Shown: positions 19,795 through 30,124 of the stretch, one piece after another | Layout: each line of letters opens with the position of its first letter | Numbering within the stretch: the first letter of the stretch is position 1 | Source of the DNA: Polyangiales bacterium | GTDB lineage: Bacteria > Myxococcota_A > Polyangia > Polyangiales > JADJQN01 | Direction of reading: 5' to 3' | Assembly (NCBI GenBank): GCA_964202905.1 | Contig: CAXNJO010000003.1 | Coordinates: forward strand, 256,001-320,000 | Length of the DNA: 64,000 bases | Translations under genes and position numbers: made by a program | The notes under the pieces: generated by a model | What the model saw: only the letters and a program-made list of their open reading frames with translations | Told to the model about the DNA's origin: nothing | Database searches by the model: none

Positions 19795-20484
19795 TCAGCG
19801 CGCGGCGGCGAACGTCCGCGCGAAGCTCGGGTGCGCGGCGAGCGTGTCGAGCGACTGCGCGAGCAGCGACTTGCCGGGCTCGAGTTTCGGCCACGACGAG
19901 AGCCCGCTCGGGTGCGGCAGCGCGACCCAGTCCACCTCGTGTCCGAAGAACGTCGCGCGGTGCAGCGGACCGACCACCGCGTCGAGCGTGCCAAACGGTC
20001 GCTGCGCGAGGCGCTCGATCGCGAGCCTTCCCACGGCGATGACGAGCCGCGGCCGCACGATGCGCACCTCCTCGCGCATCCACGCGGCGCAGCGCTCGAT
20101 CTCGTCGCGCACGGGCACGCGGTCGCCGCCGCCGCTCTTCGCCTTGCCCGGGAAACAGCGCAGCACCGCGGTCATGTAGACGCGCGCGCGGAAGTCGGCC
20201 TCGCTCACGCCGATCGTGCCGAACCAGCGGAAGAGCGTCTTGCCCGCCGTCCACGCGAAGGGCTGCCCGATCGCGCCTTCGTGGATGCCCGGCGCCTGCC
20301 CGATGAAGAAGATCTCCGTCTCGACGGCGCGCCCGCTGACGACGGGCGGGATCACGTCCGGGCACTGCCGGCACCCGAGCAGCGCCTCGCGGTGGACGAC
20401 GAGCGGGTGCCGCGCAGACAGCGCGGGCCGGTGCCCCGCGTCGGCGTGCGCGGTCGGTTCGGGATCGCGCGGAGGGGCGCTCAT
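19795..20484 (-). CDS. Uracil-DNA glycosylase family protein (Fe-S type)
   Basis: CRQC, IGQAPG, PFAWTAG, RCFPG, LPHPSG. Confidence 0.88.
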   Translation of the reverse strand: MSAPPRDPEPTAHADAGHRPALSARHPLVVHREALLGCRQCPDVIPPVVSGRAVETEIFFIGQAPGIHEGAIGQPFAWTAGKTLFRWFGTIGVSEADFRARVYMTAVLRCFPGKAKSGGGDRVPVRDEIERCAAWMREEVRIVRPRLVIAVGRLAIERLAQRPFGTLDAVVGPLHRATFFGHEVDWVALPHPSGLSSWPKLEPGKSLLAQSLDTLAAHPSFARTFAAAR

Positions 20485-20683
20485 CGGGCCGAGTATGCCG
20501 CAGCCACGCGCGGCGCCGCACCGCGCGTGGCTGCGCCGCAGGTCACCGTCATGCCAGCGCTCGCCCGGAGGCGCATGACGGAATCGTGACCCGTAGCGGA
20601 TGGGGCCGTGGCGCGCAGGTGGTCTAGTGGCTTCGTCGCGCCCTGCACGCCGCCGCGCGCGGCCCCTCCCGGAGACTCACGCC

Positions 20684-21514
20684 GTGGCCGCCATCCTCAC
20701 CTTCTTCGTCGCGCACTGGGTGCTCTCGCTCTTCTCGCAGACGTTCTTCCTGCACCGCTACGCGGCGCACCGGATGTTCACGATGAGCCCGGGCTGGGAG
20801 CGTTTCTTCTATCTCTTCCTCTACGCGACGCAGGGCTCCTCGTACCTGATCCCGCGCGCGTACGCGGTGCTGCACCGCGAGCACCACGCCTTCAGCGACA
20901 CCGAGCGCGATCCGCACTCGCCGCACACCTACCCGAGCGTTCAGCAGATGATGCTCGCCACGAAGGACCGCTACTACGGCTTCGTAAACCGCACGATCGC
21001 CCCGGAGAAGCGCTTCGAGGGCGGCGCCCCCGAGTGGCCCGCGCTCGATCGCTTCGGCGACAGCTGGCTCTCGCGCATCGGCGTCGGCGCGCTCTACACG
21101 CTGTTCTACGTGGCCTTTGCGCCGCACTGGGCGTTCTACCTGCTGCTCCCCGTGCACTACCTGATGGGCCCCATCCACGGCGCGATCGTGAACTGGTGCG
21201 GTCACAAGTACGGCTACCGCAACTTCGCGAGCGACGACCGCTCACGCAACACGCTGCCCTTCGACTTCCTCATGCTCGGCGAGCTCTTCCAGAACAACCA
21301 CCACGAGTTCGGCATGGCGCCGAACTTCGCGGCGCGCTGGTTCGAGATCGACCCGACCTGGACGGTCATCCGCGCCCTCGACGTCGTCGGCGTCATCCGC
21401 CTCTCGCCCCACATCCAGAAGGCCCGTTGGACGCCCGCCGCCCGCGTGTCGAAGCCGCGCGCCAAGGCCCGTCCCGCGCACGAGGCCCCGCTCGCGATGG
21501 ACCCGGCGGAGTAG
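20684..21514 (+). CDS. Acyl-CoA/acyl-lipid delta-9 fatty acid desaturase
   Basis: His boxes HRYAAH, HREHH, QNNHH; DPHSP; WFEIDPT. Confidence 0.9.
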   Translation: MAAILTFFVAHWVLSLFSQTFFLHRYAAHRMFTMSPGWERFFYLFLYATQGSSYLIPRAYAVLHREHHAFSDTERDPHSPHTYPSVQQMMLATKDRYYGFVNRTIAPEKRFEGGAPEWPALDRFGDSWLSRIGVGALYTLFYVAFAPHWAFYLLLPVHYLMGPIHGAIVNWCGHKYGYRNFASDDRSRNTLPFDFLMLGELFQNNHHEFGMAPNFAARWFEIDPTWTVIRALDVVGVIRLSPHIQKARWTPAARVSKPRAKARPAHEAPLAMDPAE

Positions 21515-21642
21515 TCCACGCCGCGGCCCGCGACGCACGCGGACGCGCACCGCCGCTCCCGCGCGCTGCGTCACGACTTCATCCGACCCGCTCCGCCGCA
21601 CTGGCCGCCCCCGCGGACGGGGCGTAGACTCGGCGCCCCAAG

Positions 21643-24567
21643 ATGGACCAGGATTTCGGCGTCAATCAGTCGCTCGTCGAAGAGCTCTACCTCCGCTATT
21701 GCGAGAACCCGCATTCCGTCGAGGATGCGTGGCGGAAGTACTTCGACGCCTTCCAAGCGGCACAGGAGCGCACGACCGGCGGCTCCCTCGTCGCGCCCGC
21801 GCCCGTCGAGGCCCTCCTCGCGCCGCCCCGCGCCCCGCGCATCGAGCCGACGAACGGCCCTGCGCCCCGCGGCAGCGAAGCGCTCGGCGGCAACGGCCAC
21901 AGCGCCCACGCGCTCGTCGCCATCCTCCCGACGAGCGCCGAGTTCGTGCCGGGCTGGACGGGCGAGCGCATGGCGTCGGTCGCGCCGCCCGCCGGCGTGC
22001 GCGACGCGGTCGCGCTGCAGGGCCGCGTCTCCGCCCTCATCAACGCCTACCGCGTACGCGGTCACCTGTTCGCGCAGATCGATCCGCTCGGCCTCCTCGA
22101 GCCGCCGCCCTTCGAGCTCGGCCTCGCGAAGTTCGGCCTCGCCGAGATCGACCCCGACACCGTCTTCTCGACGGGCGATCTCGCCGGCCCCGCGGAGCTC
22201 CCGCTGCGCGAGATCGTCGCGCGCCTGACGGCCACCTACTGCCGCTCGATCGGCGTCGAGTACACGCACGTCGAGGACCCGGACGAGCGCCTCTGGCTCC
22301 AAGAGCGGATGGAGTCCACGCAAAACCACGCGAAGCTCTCCCGCGAAGAGCAGGTGCGCGTCCTCTCGAAGCTCACCGACGCCGAGGTCTTCGAGACCTT
22401 CATCCACACGAATTACGTCGGCAAGAAGCGCTTCAGCATCGAGGGCGGCGAGAGCACGATCCCGCTGCTCGATCTGCTCGTGGAATACAGCGGCCGCCTC
22501 GGCGTCGAGGAGATCGTCTTCGGCATGGCCCACCGCGGCCGGCTGAACGTCCTCGTCAACGTCCTCGAGAAGGACGCGAAGGAGATCTTCGCGGGCTTCG
22601 ACGACAAGCACCCCGAGCTGAACCTCGGGCGCGGCGACGTGAAGTACCACCTCGGCTACTCCTCGGACCGCGTCGTCAGCACCGGCGAGAAGGTCCACCT
22701 CACGCTCACGTTCAATCCGTCGCACCTCGAGTTCGTCAACGCGATCATCGAGGGCCGCGCCCGCGCCAAGCAGGACCGCGTCGGCGACGTCGACACCCGC
22801 CGCAAGGTCCTCGCGCTCCAGATCCACGGCGACGCCGCCTTCATCGGGCAGGGCATCGTGCCCGAGGTGCTGAACCTCTCGCTGCTCACGGGCTACCGCA
22901 CGGGCGGCACGATCCACCTCGTCATCAACAACCAGATCGGGTTCACGACGGCGACGGAGGACGCGCGCTCGACGCGCTACGCGACCGACATCGTCCGCAT
23001 GCTGCGCTGCCCGGTCTTCCACGTGAACGGCGAGGATCCGGAGGCCGTCGTGCAGGTCGTGCGTCTCGCGACCGAGTACCGGCACCGCTACGGGCGCGAC
23101 GTCGTCATCGATCTCCTCTGCTACCGCAAGTACGGCCACAACGAGGCCGACGAGCCGCGCTTCACGAAGCCCGTGATGTACGCGGCCATCGACAAGAAGC
23201 CCACGATCCGCAAGCTCTACAGCCAGCGTCTCGTCGAGATGGGAACCATCGACGAGGCCACCGCCGACACCATCGCGCAAGGTCGCAAGCGCTTCTTCGA
23301 GGAGGCCCTCCGCGAGGCCCGCGACACGAACCTCGCGCCGAAGGCGAACACCGGCGGCGGCGTGTGGAGGGGCTACCGCGGCGGCTCCGACGCCGAGGTC
23401 GACGAGCCCGACACGCGTGTGTCGCGCGAGTCGCTGCTCGCCTTGATCGGCAAGCTCACGACCCTGCCCGAGGACTTCAAGCCGCACCCGAAGGTCATCA
23501 GCACGGTGCTCGAGCCGCGCAAGAAGGCCGGCGAGGGGCAGCCCTTCCCGTGGGCCGTCGGCGAGCATCTCGCCTTCGCGTCGCTGCTCGAGGCCGGCAC
23601 GCCGATCCGCTTCACCGGTCAGGACGCGCGCCGCGGCACGTTCAACACGCGCCACGCCGTGCTCTTCGACAACGACACCGGCAAGACCTTCTGCCCGCTC
23701 GCGCACCTGCGCACCGGGCAGGGCCGCGTCGACTTCTGGGACTCCCCGCTCAGCGAGCAGGGCGTGCTCGGCTTCGAGTACGGTTACTCCCTCGACTCGC
23801 CCGACGCGCTCGTCGTGTGGGAGGCGCAGTTCGGCGATTTCGCGAACGGCGCACAGGTCATCATCGACCAGTTCATCGTCAGCGGCGAAGACAAGTGGTC
23901 GCGCTTGTCGGGCCTCGTGCTGATGCTGCCGCACGGCTTCGAGGGGCAGGGCCCGGAGCATTCGTCGGCGCGCCTCGAGCGCTTCCTGACGCTCGCGGCC
24001 GAGGACAACATCCAGGTCCAGAACCTCACGACGAGCGCGCAGCTCTTCCACTCGCTGCGTCGGCAGATGCTGCGGCCGTACCGCAAGCCGCTCGTGCTGA
24101 TGACCCCGAAGAGCATGCTCCGCCTCCCCGAGGCCATGAGCACGCTCGACGAGCTCGTGAACGGCCGCTTCCAGCGCGTCATCGCCGACACGAGCGGCAC
24201 CGACGCGAAGAAGGTCCGCCGCGTACTCCTCTGCTCCGGCAAGGTCTATTACGACCTCGACAAGGCGCGGCGCGAGCGCAAGGCCGAGGACATCCACATC
24301 GTCCGCCTCGAGCAGCTCTACCCGCTCCGCGCCGAGCACGTCGCCCCGGCCCTCGCGCCCTACGGCAAGAAGACCGAGCTCGTGTGGGTGCAGGAGGAGC
24401 CCGCGAACAGCGGGGCCTGGTATCCGCTCTGCGCGCGCGCGGAGGCCCTCTTCGGCTGCCCGCTGCGGCTCGTCTCCCGCACCGAGAGCGCGAGCCCGGC
24501 GACGGGCAGCGAGGCGAGCCACAAGCTCGAGCAGGCGCAGCTCATGGACGCGGCGTTCGCGAAGTAG
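21643..24567 (+). CDS. sucA: 2-oxoglutarate dehydrogenase E1 component
   Basis: GKKRFSIEGGE, GMAHRGRLNVL, GDVKYHLG, HGDAAF.GQG, WEAQFGDFANGAQ, LPHGFEGQGPEHSSARLERFL. Confidence 0.98.
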   Translation: MDQDFGVNQSLVEELYLRYCENPHSVEDAWRKYFDAFQAAQERTTGGSLVAPAPVEALLAPPRAPRIEPTNGPAPRGSEALGGNGHSAHALVAILPTSAEFVPGWTGERMASVAPPAGVRDAVALQGRVSALINAYRVRGHLFAQIDPLGLLEPPPFELGLAKFGLAEIDPDTVFSTGDLAGPAELPLREIVARLTATYCRSIGVEYTHVEDPDERLWLQERMESTQNHAKLSREEQVRVLSKLTDAEVFETFIHTNYVGKKRFSIEGGESTIPLLDLLVEYSGRLGVEEIVFGMAHRGRLNVLVNVLEKDAKEIFAGFDDKHPELNLGRGDVKYHLGYSSDRVVSTGEKVHLTLTFNPSHLEFVNAIIEGRARAKQDRVGDVDTRRKVLALQIHGDAAFIGQGIVPEVLNLSLLTGYRTGGTIHLVINNQIGFTTATEDARSTRYATDIVRMLRCPVFHVNGEDPEAVVQVVRLATEYRHRYGRDVVIDLLCYRKYGHNEADEPRFTKPVMYAAIDKKPTIRKLYSQRLVEMGTIDEATADTIAQGRKRFFEEALREARDTNLAPKANTGGGVWRGYRGGSDAEVDEPDTRVSRESLLALIGKLTTLPEDFKPHPKVISTVLEPRKKAGEGQPFPWAVGEHLAFASLLEAGTPIRFTGQDARRGTFNTRHAVLFDNDTGKTFCPLAHLRTGQGRVDFWDSPLSEQGVLGFEYGYSLDSPDALVVWEAQFGDFANGAQVIIDQFIVSGEDKWSRLSGLVLMLPHGFEGQGPEHSSARLERFLTLAAEDNIQVQNLTTSAQLFHSLRRQMLRPYRKPLVLMTPKSMLRLPEAMSTLDELVNGRFQRVIADTSGTDAKKVRRVLLCSGKVYYDLDKARRERKAEDIHIVRLEQLYPLRAEHVAPALAPYGKKTELVWVQEEPANSGAWYPLCARAEALFGCPLRLVSRTESASPATGSEASHKLEQAQLMDAAFAK

Positions 24568-24653
24568 GCGCCGCGACACGCCACTTGAATCCGGACGCGG
24601 TGGGGCGCGTCTGAGCCGCGCACGCCGTGCGGGGCGCACGGATACATCGATGA

Positions 24654-24821
24654 CTGGGCGGACGGTCCTTGTGATTCGCGGGCCAGGCGCCCGTGGGTTG
24701 GGCGGGCCAGAAGCCCGTGGGTTGGGCGGGCCAGAAGCCCGTGGGATGGGCGGGCCAGAAGCCCGTGGGACTTCCGGGCGCAGGGCCCGTGTGACTGGCG
24801 GGCGACGAGCCCGTGTGGAGG
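24654..24821. repeat. Tandem array of seven 24-bp units, each with a (G)CGGGC-N5-GCCCG(T) inverted repeat
   Basis: Unit starts 24654, 24678, 24702, 24726, 24750, 24774, 24798; stems conserved (first unit degenerate), loops and spacers vary. Confidence 0.9.
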
Positions 24822-24827
24822 CTTCTC

Positions 24828-25950
24828 ATGATGACGATGCGTCGGTCTGTCTGGGGTTCGCTCGCGATGGCGGCGACGGTGCTCGCGGGCTGCGTGGTGA
24901 CGGTCGAGGTGTGGACGCCCATCGGGTCGGACGCCTCGGCGACGGGCTCGTGGACGGTCAACGGCCAGCCTGCGAGCGCGGGCGTCTGTGACGCGGCGGG
25001 CATCAATTCGGTAGCGATCCGCTTCGACAACGGCTTCGACCCCGCCGTGATTCCGCCGCAGTTCGTGTTCGACTGCGCGTCGGGCGGGTTCAACCTGCCG
25101 AACGTCCTCGCTGCGGGCACGTACAACGCGACCTGGATCATCGACACCGACACGACGGACGTCGTCTCCCCCGCGGGCGCCTTCACCGTGGGCTTCGGGG
25201 ACACCGCGAACTTCACGCCGATCGACATCGTGACCACCCCGGCGGGCTTCAACCCGAAGGGCAACGACTTCACGATGGACGGCATGTGGACGCTGAACGG
25301 CGGCCCCGCGACCACGGCCACCTGCGCCGCGGCCGGCATCAGCAACGTGCAGCTTGTCATCCAGCAGGCCGGCGAGACGTACACCGAGCCCGGCTTCGTC
25401 TTCTCCTGCGCGGGCGGCGCCTTCGACACGCGCACGCTCACCCCGGCGATCCGCTTCACCTACGGCAACTACATGACCTTCTGGCGCGCGCTCGACGCGT
25501 CGGGCGCGAACATCGGCATGAGCGCGCCGCTGCCGCTCGTCGTCAACGCGCCCATCACGCACTCCACGCTCGCGACCGCCGACTTCGTCGTCGCCACGCC
25601 CGAGTCGCTCACCATCAACCTCACCTACGACACCGTCTCGGGCCCCGGCGTGATGTCGGACACCGACTGCACGGGCGCGGGCGTCGCGACGATCTTCTAC
25701 ACGCTGCGCGACGTGACCGGCGGCGGCACGGGCACCGTGGTCGCGGAGAGCCGGCCGCCGCGGGCATCCCGTGCAGCGGCAGCAGACTCGTGTTCGGCAA
25801 CGACATTCGTCATGGGCGGCCGCACGTATGTCCTTCTACATCGAGGCCGCGAACGCCGCGGGCCTCAAGCAGTGGATGGCCTTCGACGACACGCTCTCGG
25901 TCGCGGCGATGACGCCCGAGTTCTACAACATCGCGCTCGACAAGAACTGA
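24828..25950 (+). CDS. Lipoprotein with three similar beta-rich repeat domains; frameshifts at about 25750-25830
   Basis: GGAGG RBS, lipobox VLAGC, repeated W.+NG.PA...C.AAGI motif; plausible C-terminus SFYIEA...DKN* lies in another frame. Confidence 0.75.
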
Positions 25951-26098
25951 GCGCGGCGCGCGCCTCGACCCGCGCGACCTCCCCGGACGCCCCGCAGGCC
26001 ACGTGCCCGCGGGGCGTTCGCGTTTCGCGCCGCGAGACGGCGGAGGCGTGGCGCACGCGCTTGCCTCGCGCTGCACGCACGGCGCAGAGACGCCAGTC

Positions 26099-26810
26099 GT
26101 GGCGTGGCCCCCGCTGACACCGCTCACCCTCCGCGTGCTCGTGACGCTCTTCGTGGCGTTCGCAGCCCTCGCGCTCGCCGAGTCCGCGACGTCCCTGCCG
26201 CTCGCGGCCGTGCTTGCGCTCGACACGCGGAGCCTCGGCGTGCACACGGCCTGGCAGAGCGCTCGCGTGGCCCTTCGTGGTCCCCTTCCACGGCGGCGCG
26301 ATCCTCGACCTCGCGCTCGCCCTCTTCTTTGCGTACCTCGTGCTCGCGCCCTTCGACCTGCGCTACGGCGCGCGGCGCGCGCTCGCGCTCATCGCCCTCT
26401 GCACCGGCGGCGCGACGCTCGGCGCAATGCTCGGCGACAGCGTCTTCGCGATCGCCTTCCCGGGCCCGACGGCCGCGCTGCAGGGCACCGGGCCGATCGC
26501 GTGGGGGCTGCTCGTCGGGGGGCTCTTCGGGGCGCCTGGCGCGCGCATCCTGTTGTTCGGCCGCTTCGAGGCCCGCCGCTGGCAAGTCCTGCTCGGGGTG
26601 CTGCTCTTCACGCTGTTCCCGCTGCTGCAGACCCGCGGCGCGCTGAGCGCCGGTTTCTTCGCGACGTGGGGCTCCGTGGGCACCGCCGTGCTCTTCGCGC
26701 GCAGGCAGGCGCGGCCGCGCCCACGCCCGCCTGCGCTGCCTCGCACCGCGCCCCTCCGCGTGATCCGCGGCGGCCGCGACGACGACGCCCCCCCGCGCAC
26801 GCTGCACTGA
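26099..26810 (+). CDS. Rhomboid-like membrane protein; frameshift near 26258
   Basis: Hydrophobic segments split across two frames at the WQ motif; C-terminal LRVIRGG..LH tail; no clear GxSG catalytic motif. Confidence 0.6.
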
Positions 26811-26853
26811 GCGCGGCGCGCCTGCGCCATCCGAGGGCGCGGTCGAGAGCCCC

Positions 26854-27528
26854 TCAGCCGGCCTGCACCGCGAGCGCGCGCGCGAGGGCCTCGCCCACCG
26901 CTTCGGCCGACGCGGGGTTTTGTCCGGTGATGAGGTGGCCGTCCTCGACGAGAAGGACCTTCCAGTTCGCCCGCTTGCGGTAGATCGCGCCGGCCTCGAG
27001 CATCCGCTCCTCGAGCACGAAGGGGACGACGTCGAGGGTCTTCATGGCGACCTCCTCCTCGCGCGTGAAGCCCGTGACCTCGCGGCCCTCGAGGATACTG
27101 GCGCCATCGGCGCGCCGCACCCGCGCCAGCGCCGCGGGACCGTGGCAGACGGCCGCGACGGGCGCGCCACGCTCGAAGAGGGCCGCGGTGATCCGATGGC
27201 TCTCCGCGTCCTCCGTGAGGTCGAACAACAGGCCATAGCCACCCGGGAAGAACACGCCCGCGTAGTCCGCGGGGTCGATGTCGGCGAGGCGCAGCGTGGA
27301 CCGCAGCCGCGCGGCGAAGGTCGCGTCGGCGAGCATCGTGCGCGTCAGCGCGTCGGCGTCGGCGCCGTAACCCGGGATCTCGCCGCCCTTCGGTGACGCG
27401 AGCTCGTACGCGACGCCGGCGCGATCGAGCGCGTGCAGCGCGTGCGTGAGCTCGGGCAGGTACGTGCCATTCGGCTTGCCGGCGAGCTCACCGTGGTTGC
27501 TCGTGATGACCAGGACGCGTGCGGACAT
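26854..27528 (-). CDS. DJ-1/PfpI (type 1 glutamine amidotransferase-like) protein
   Basis: ASPKGG, FFPGGYG, AAVCHGPAAL, VTGF..EE, LITGQNPASA. Confidence 0.92.
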   Translation of the reverse strand: MSARVLVITSNHGELAGKPNGTYLPELTHALHALDRAGVAYELASPKGGEIPGYGADADALTRTMLADATFAARLRSTLRLADIDPADYAGVFFPGGYGLLFDLTEDAESHRITAALFERGAPVAAVCHGPAALARVRRADGASILEGREVTGFTREEEVAMKTLDVVPFVLEERMLEAGAIYRKRANWKVLLVEDGHLITGQNPASAEAVGEALARALAVQAG

Positions 27529-27749
27529 GGCGGCTCCTTCGTGCAGGCGGGCATGGCGGGGACGTCCCCCGACACAGCCGCGCTCCGGGAGGGTCAAGCA
27601 CCTCTCGGAGTCCGCGCCGAGGATCGCCGCGTTGTGAACGTCCCCCAACACCCATTCAAGCGCGCGTGGTCGACGTTCAGCACGGCCGGCCGCGCACGGC
27701 ACCGCACCGCACCCGCGCGATGCGCCCCCGACGCCCAGAACCCGCCTCG

Positions 27750-27765
27750 TGGCACGCCTCGTGCT
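27750..27765 (+). promoter_or_regulatory. Possible sigma-54 promoter
   Basis: TGGCACGCCTCGTGCT with GG-N10-GC spacing just upstream of the 27779 gene. Confidence 0.5.
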
Positions 27766-27778
27766 CAGCCACGTCCCC

Positions 27779-28717
27779 ATGAACGCGCTGTGCCGCCCTG
27801 TGCCGATCCTACTCACGCTGCTCTCCCTCACGGCCTGCGCGGAGGCGCGCGTCACGCCACCGGCCGACGCGGGCACGCCCCCCTCGGACGCAGCGGCGCC
27901 CGATGGATCCGCACGCGACGCCGCGACGCCCGACGCGGACCTCCCCGACACCGGGACGCCTGACGCGGCAGTTCCCGACGCCGGCTTGCTCTGCCCGCTC
28001 CTCCGGGCCAACGGCGTCTGCCTCGAGACCACGATCGTCCCTGCGGGGCGCCCGTTCGAGCTGCCCTTCCAGCTCGACACCTGCGGCTGCTGCCCCTCGA
28101 CCGAGTGCGCGGTCGGCGTCGACCCCGCCACGCGGACGCTGCGCGTGACGACCACCTTCTGCGCGGATCCCTGCGACTGCGCGGCCTGCAACCCCGCCGT
28201 CGCGCGCTGCGCCTTCCCCGCGCTCGACGCCGGCACGTGGACGCTCGAGGTGAACGGCGAGCCCGCCTCACGCCTCGCGGTCGGCGCGGAGCCCGGCCTC
28301 GTCCCCGCGCCGGCGGCGTGCATCGACTTCGCCGAACTGACCACCTGCGAATCAGCCACACCGCTCGACGGCGCCCCGCAACGCGCGACGGACGTCTGCG
28401 TCACCTCCGACCGCGCACAGCGCCACATCGTGAATCTCGTCGACACCTGCGGCGGCTGCACGCTCGAGGGTCCCTGCGTCGTCACCGTCGAGAAGCGCTC
28501 AACCGACGATCTCCCGCCCGGCAACGAGATCCGCGTGAGCGCGACCCGCTACGAGAACGCGTGCATGCCCGCCTGTTTGGCCGTGTGCATGGAGACGACG
28601 CGCACCTGCATCCTGCCGCCGCTCGTCGAGGGAGAGACGCAGCGCGTCTACGTCGAAGGGCGCCCACCGTTCGTCTTCGTGTCCGGACGCGACGTGCGCG
28701 CCTGTTCGGGCGGCTGA
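27779..28717 (+). CDS. Cys-rich lipoprotein with two internal repeats
   Basis: Lipobox LTAC, PDA-rich linker, DTCGCC/DTCGGC and C...LP.L..G repeated. Confidence 0.8.
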   Translation: MNALCRPVPILLTLLSLTACAEARVTPPADAGTPPSDAAAPDGSARDAATPDADLPDTGTPDAAVPDAGLLCPLLRANGVCLETTIVPAGRPFELPFQLDTCGCCPSTECAVGVDPATRTLRVTTTFCADPCDCAACNPAVARCAFPALDAGTWTLEVNGEPASRLAVGAEPGLVPAPAACIDFAELTTCESATPLDGAPQRATDVCVTSDRAQRHIVNLVDTCGGCTLEGPCVVTVEKRSTDDLPPGNEIRVSATRYENACMPACLAVCMETTRTCILPPLVEGETQRVYVEGRPPFVFVSGRDVRACSGG

Positions 28718-28732
28718 GCGTCGCCGTTCACA

Positions 28733-28754
28733 GACAGCCAGCCGGCTGGCTGTC
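28733..28754. repeat. Perfect 22-bp palindrome, copy 1
   Basis: GACAGCCAGCCGGCTGGCTGTC equals its own reverse complement; identical copy at 56749. Confidence 0.9.
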
Positions 28755-28845
28755 CGAGCTCGCCGCGCGCGCTCGCGGCGCACGTCGTCGCCATCCACGG
28801 CCGCCTCGACGCGCACGACGACGACCGACCGCGCGCGACGCGGCG

Positions 28846-30124
28846 CTAGAACGTCCAGCCGGCGTGCGCGTGCGCGTGGTAGCCCTGATCGCGGCCGTCG
28901 AACGTCCCGTCGACCGTGCGAAAAGCGAGCGCATACGCCCGGTAGCCGCCCTCGACACGCCAGAGCAGGCCCGGCCCGACGACACCGCGCAAGGCGCACC
29001 GTGACGTCGAAGCCACGCACGTCGTGGTCTTCGCCGTAGAGCGCCTCGAGGTCGCCGACCGCGAAGGGCAGGCGCACGCCGCCTTCGGCCTCGAGCACGA
29101 GTGTGTCGCCGAGGACGCGCGCGGCGGCGAGCGCACCCGGCCGCACGTACGCATACGCGATCGTCGGCACCTGCTCGTTGAAAGGCAGCGCGTAGCGGTC
29201 CCAGCCGACGCCCGCGGCGAGCCCGAGCTCGAAGGCGTCGTCGAGGGTCACGCGCGCGCCGAGGTCGACGCTCGCGCTCGCGAACCACGAGTCGAGCGGC
29301 GCGCGCCCCGGCTCGGCCGGTCGAGAGCGCAGCCCCGCGGAGCTGGTCGCAGCCCCCCGCACGAAGAGCACGTCGACGAAGCGCGCCTCGGCCCCGAGCG
29401 CGAGCTCCACGAAGCCGGGCGCCGCGTAGCCCGCGTCCTCCCCGTTCGGCGCGATCAGCGTCACCGTCCGCGTGCGCACGCCCGCACCGAGCCACGCCGA
29501 GAGGGCGACGACCCGACGCGCCGAAGAATCTACACCATCCCGAGAGATGGTCTCTTGATCTCGCACGGCGACGGCGTCCTGCGCCGTGCGTCGCGCCGAC
29601 TCCGCTTCGGTCGCGTCGGTGTTCGCCGTCTCGGGTGGAGGGACGGACGCGGCGACGACGGGCGGCGGGAGCGCGGCGAGCCGGGCGACGAGCGCATCGA
29701 CGGCCTCGGCGAGCGCACGCGGCCCGCGCGCCGGACGCCGCACGCGCACCACCTCGCCGCCCGCGGCGTCGCGCGCGAAGAGGTCGAAGCGCCAGCGATC
29801 GCCGCGCCGGACGGCCTCGCCGCCGAGCACGGCCGCGACGCCCAGTCGCGCGCAGAGCGCCGCCGCCGCGTCGATCTCGTCGGCGATCGGCGCCGTGTCC
29901 TCGACGACGACGAACGCGCCGGCCGAGAGCGCCTCGCGGAGCCGTGTCGCCGCGTCCTCGTGACCGCGTCCGGAGAGCGCCGCGAGCGCGACACGCTGCT
30001 GCGCGTGCGCGCCGCCCGCGACGAAGAGCGCGCACGCGAGAGCGAGCACGCAGCCGAGGACGCGCGACGCGCGCACCGCGATCACGTCGCGCCATGCGCG
30101 CGCCCGACGCCCCGACGCGCGCAT
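28846..30124 (-). CDS. Secreted protein with predicted outer-membrane beta-barrel C-terminus; frameshift near 28993
   Basis: Signal peptide ending AHA-Q, amphipathic beta strands, C-terminal AGWTF in the shifted frame; alternative start 30085. Confidence 0.65.

Noticed and set aside
21643..24567. sucA without adjacent sucB as a novel arrangement
   Set aside because: Split suc genes are not rare; nothing else unusual in the protein
24654..24821. CRISPR array
   Set aside because: Period is only 24 bp with no unique 25-40 bp spacers, and no cas genes are in the window
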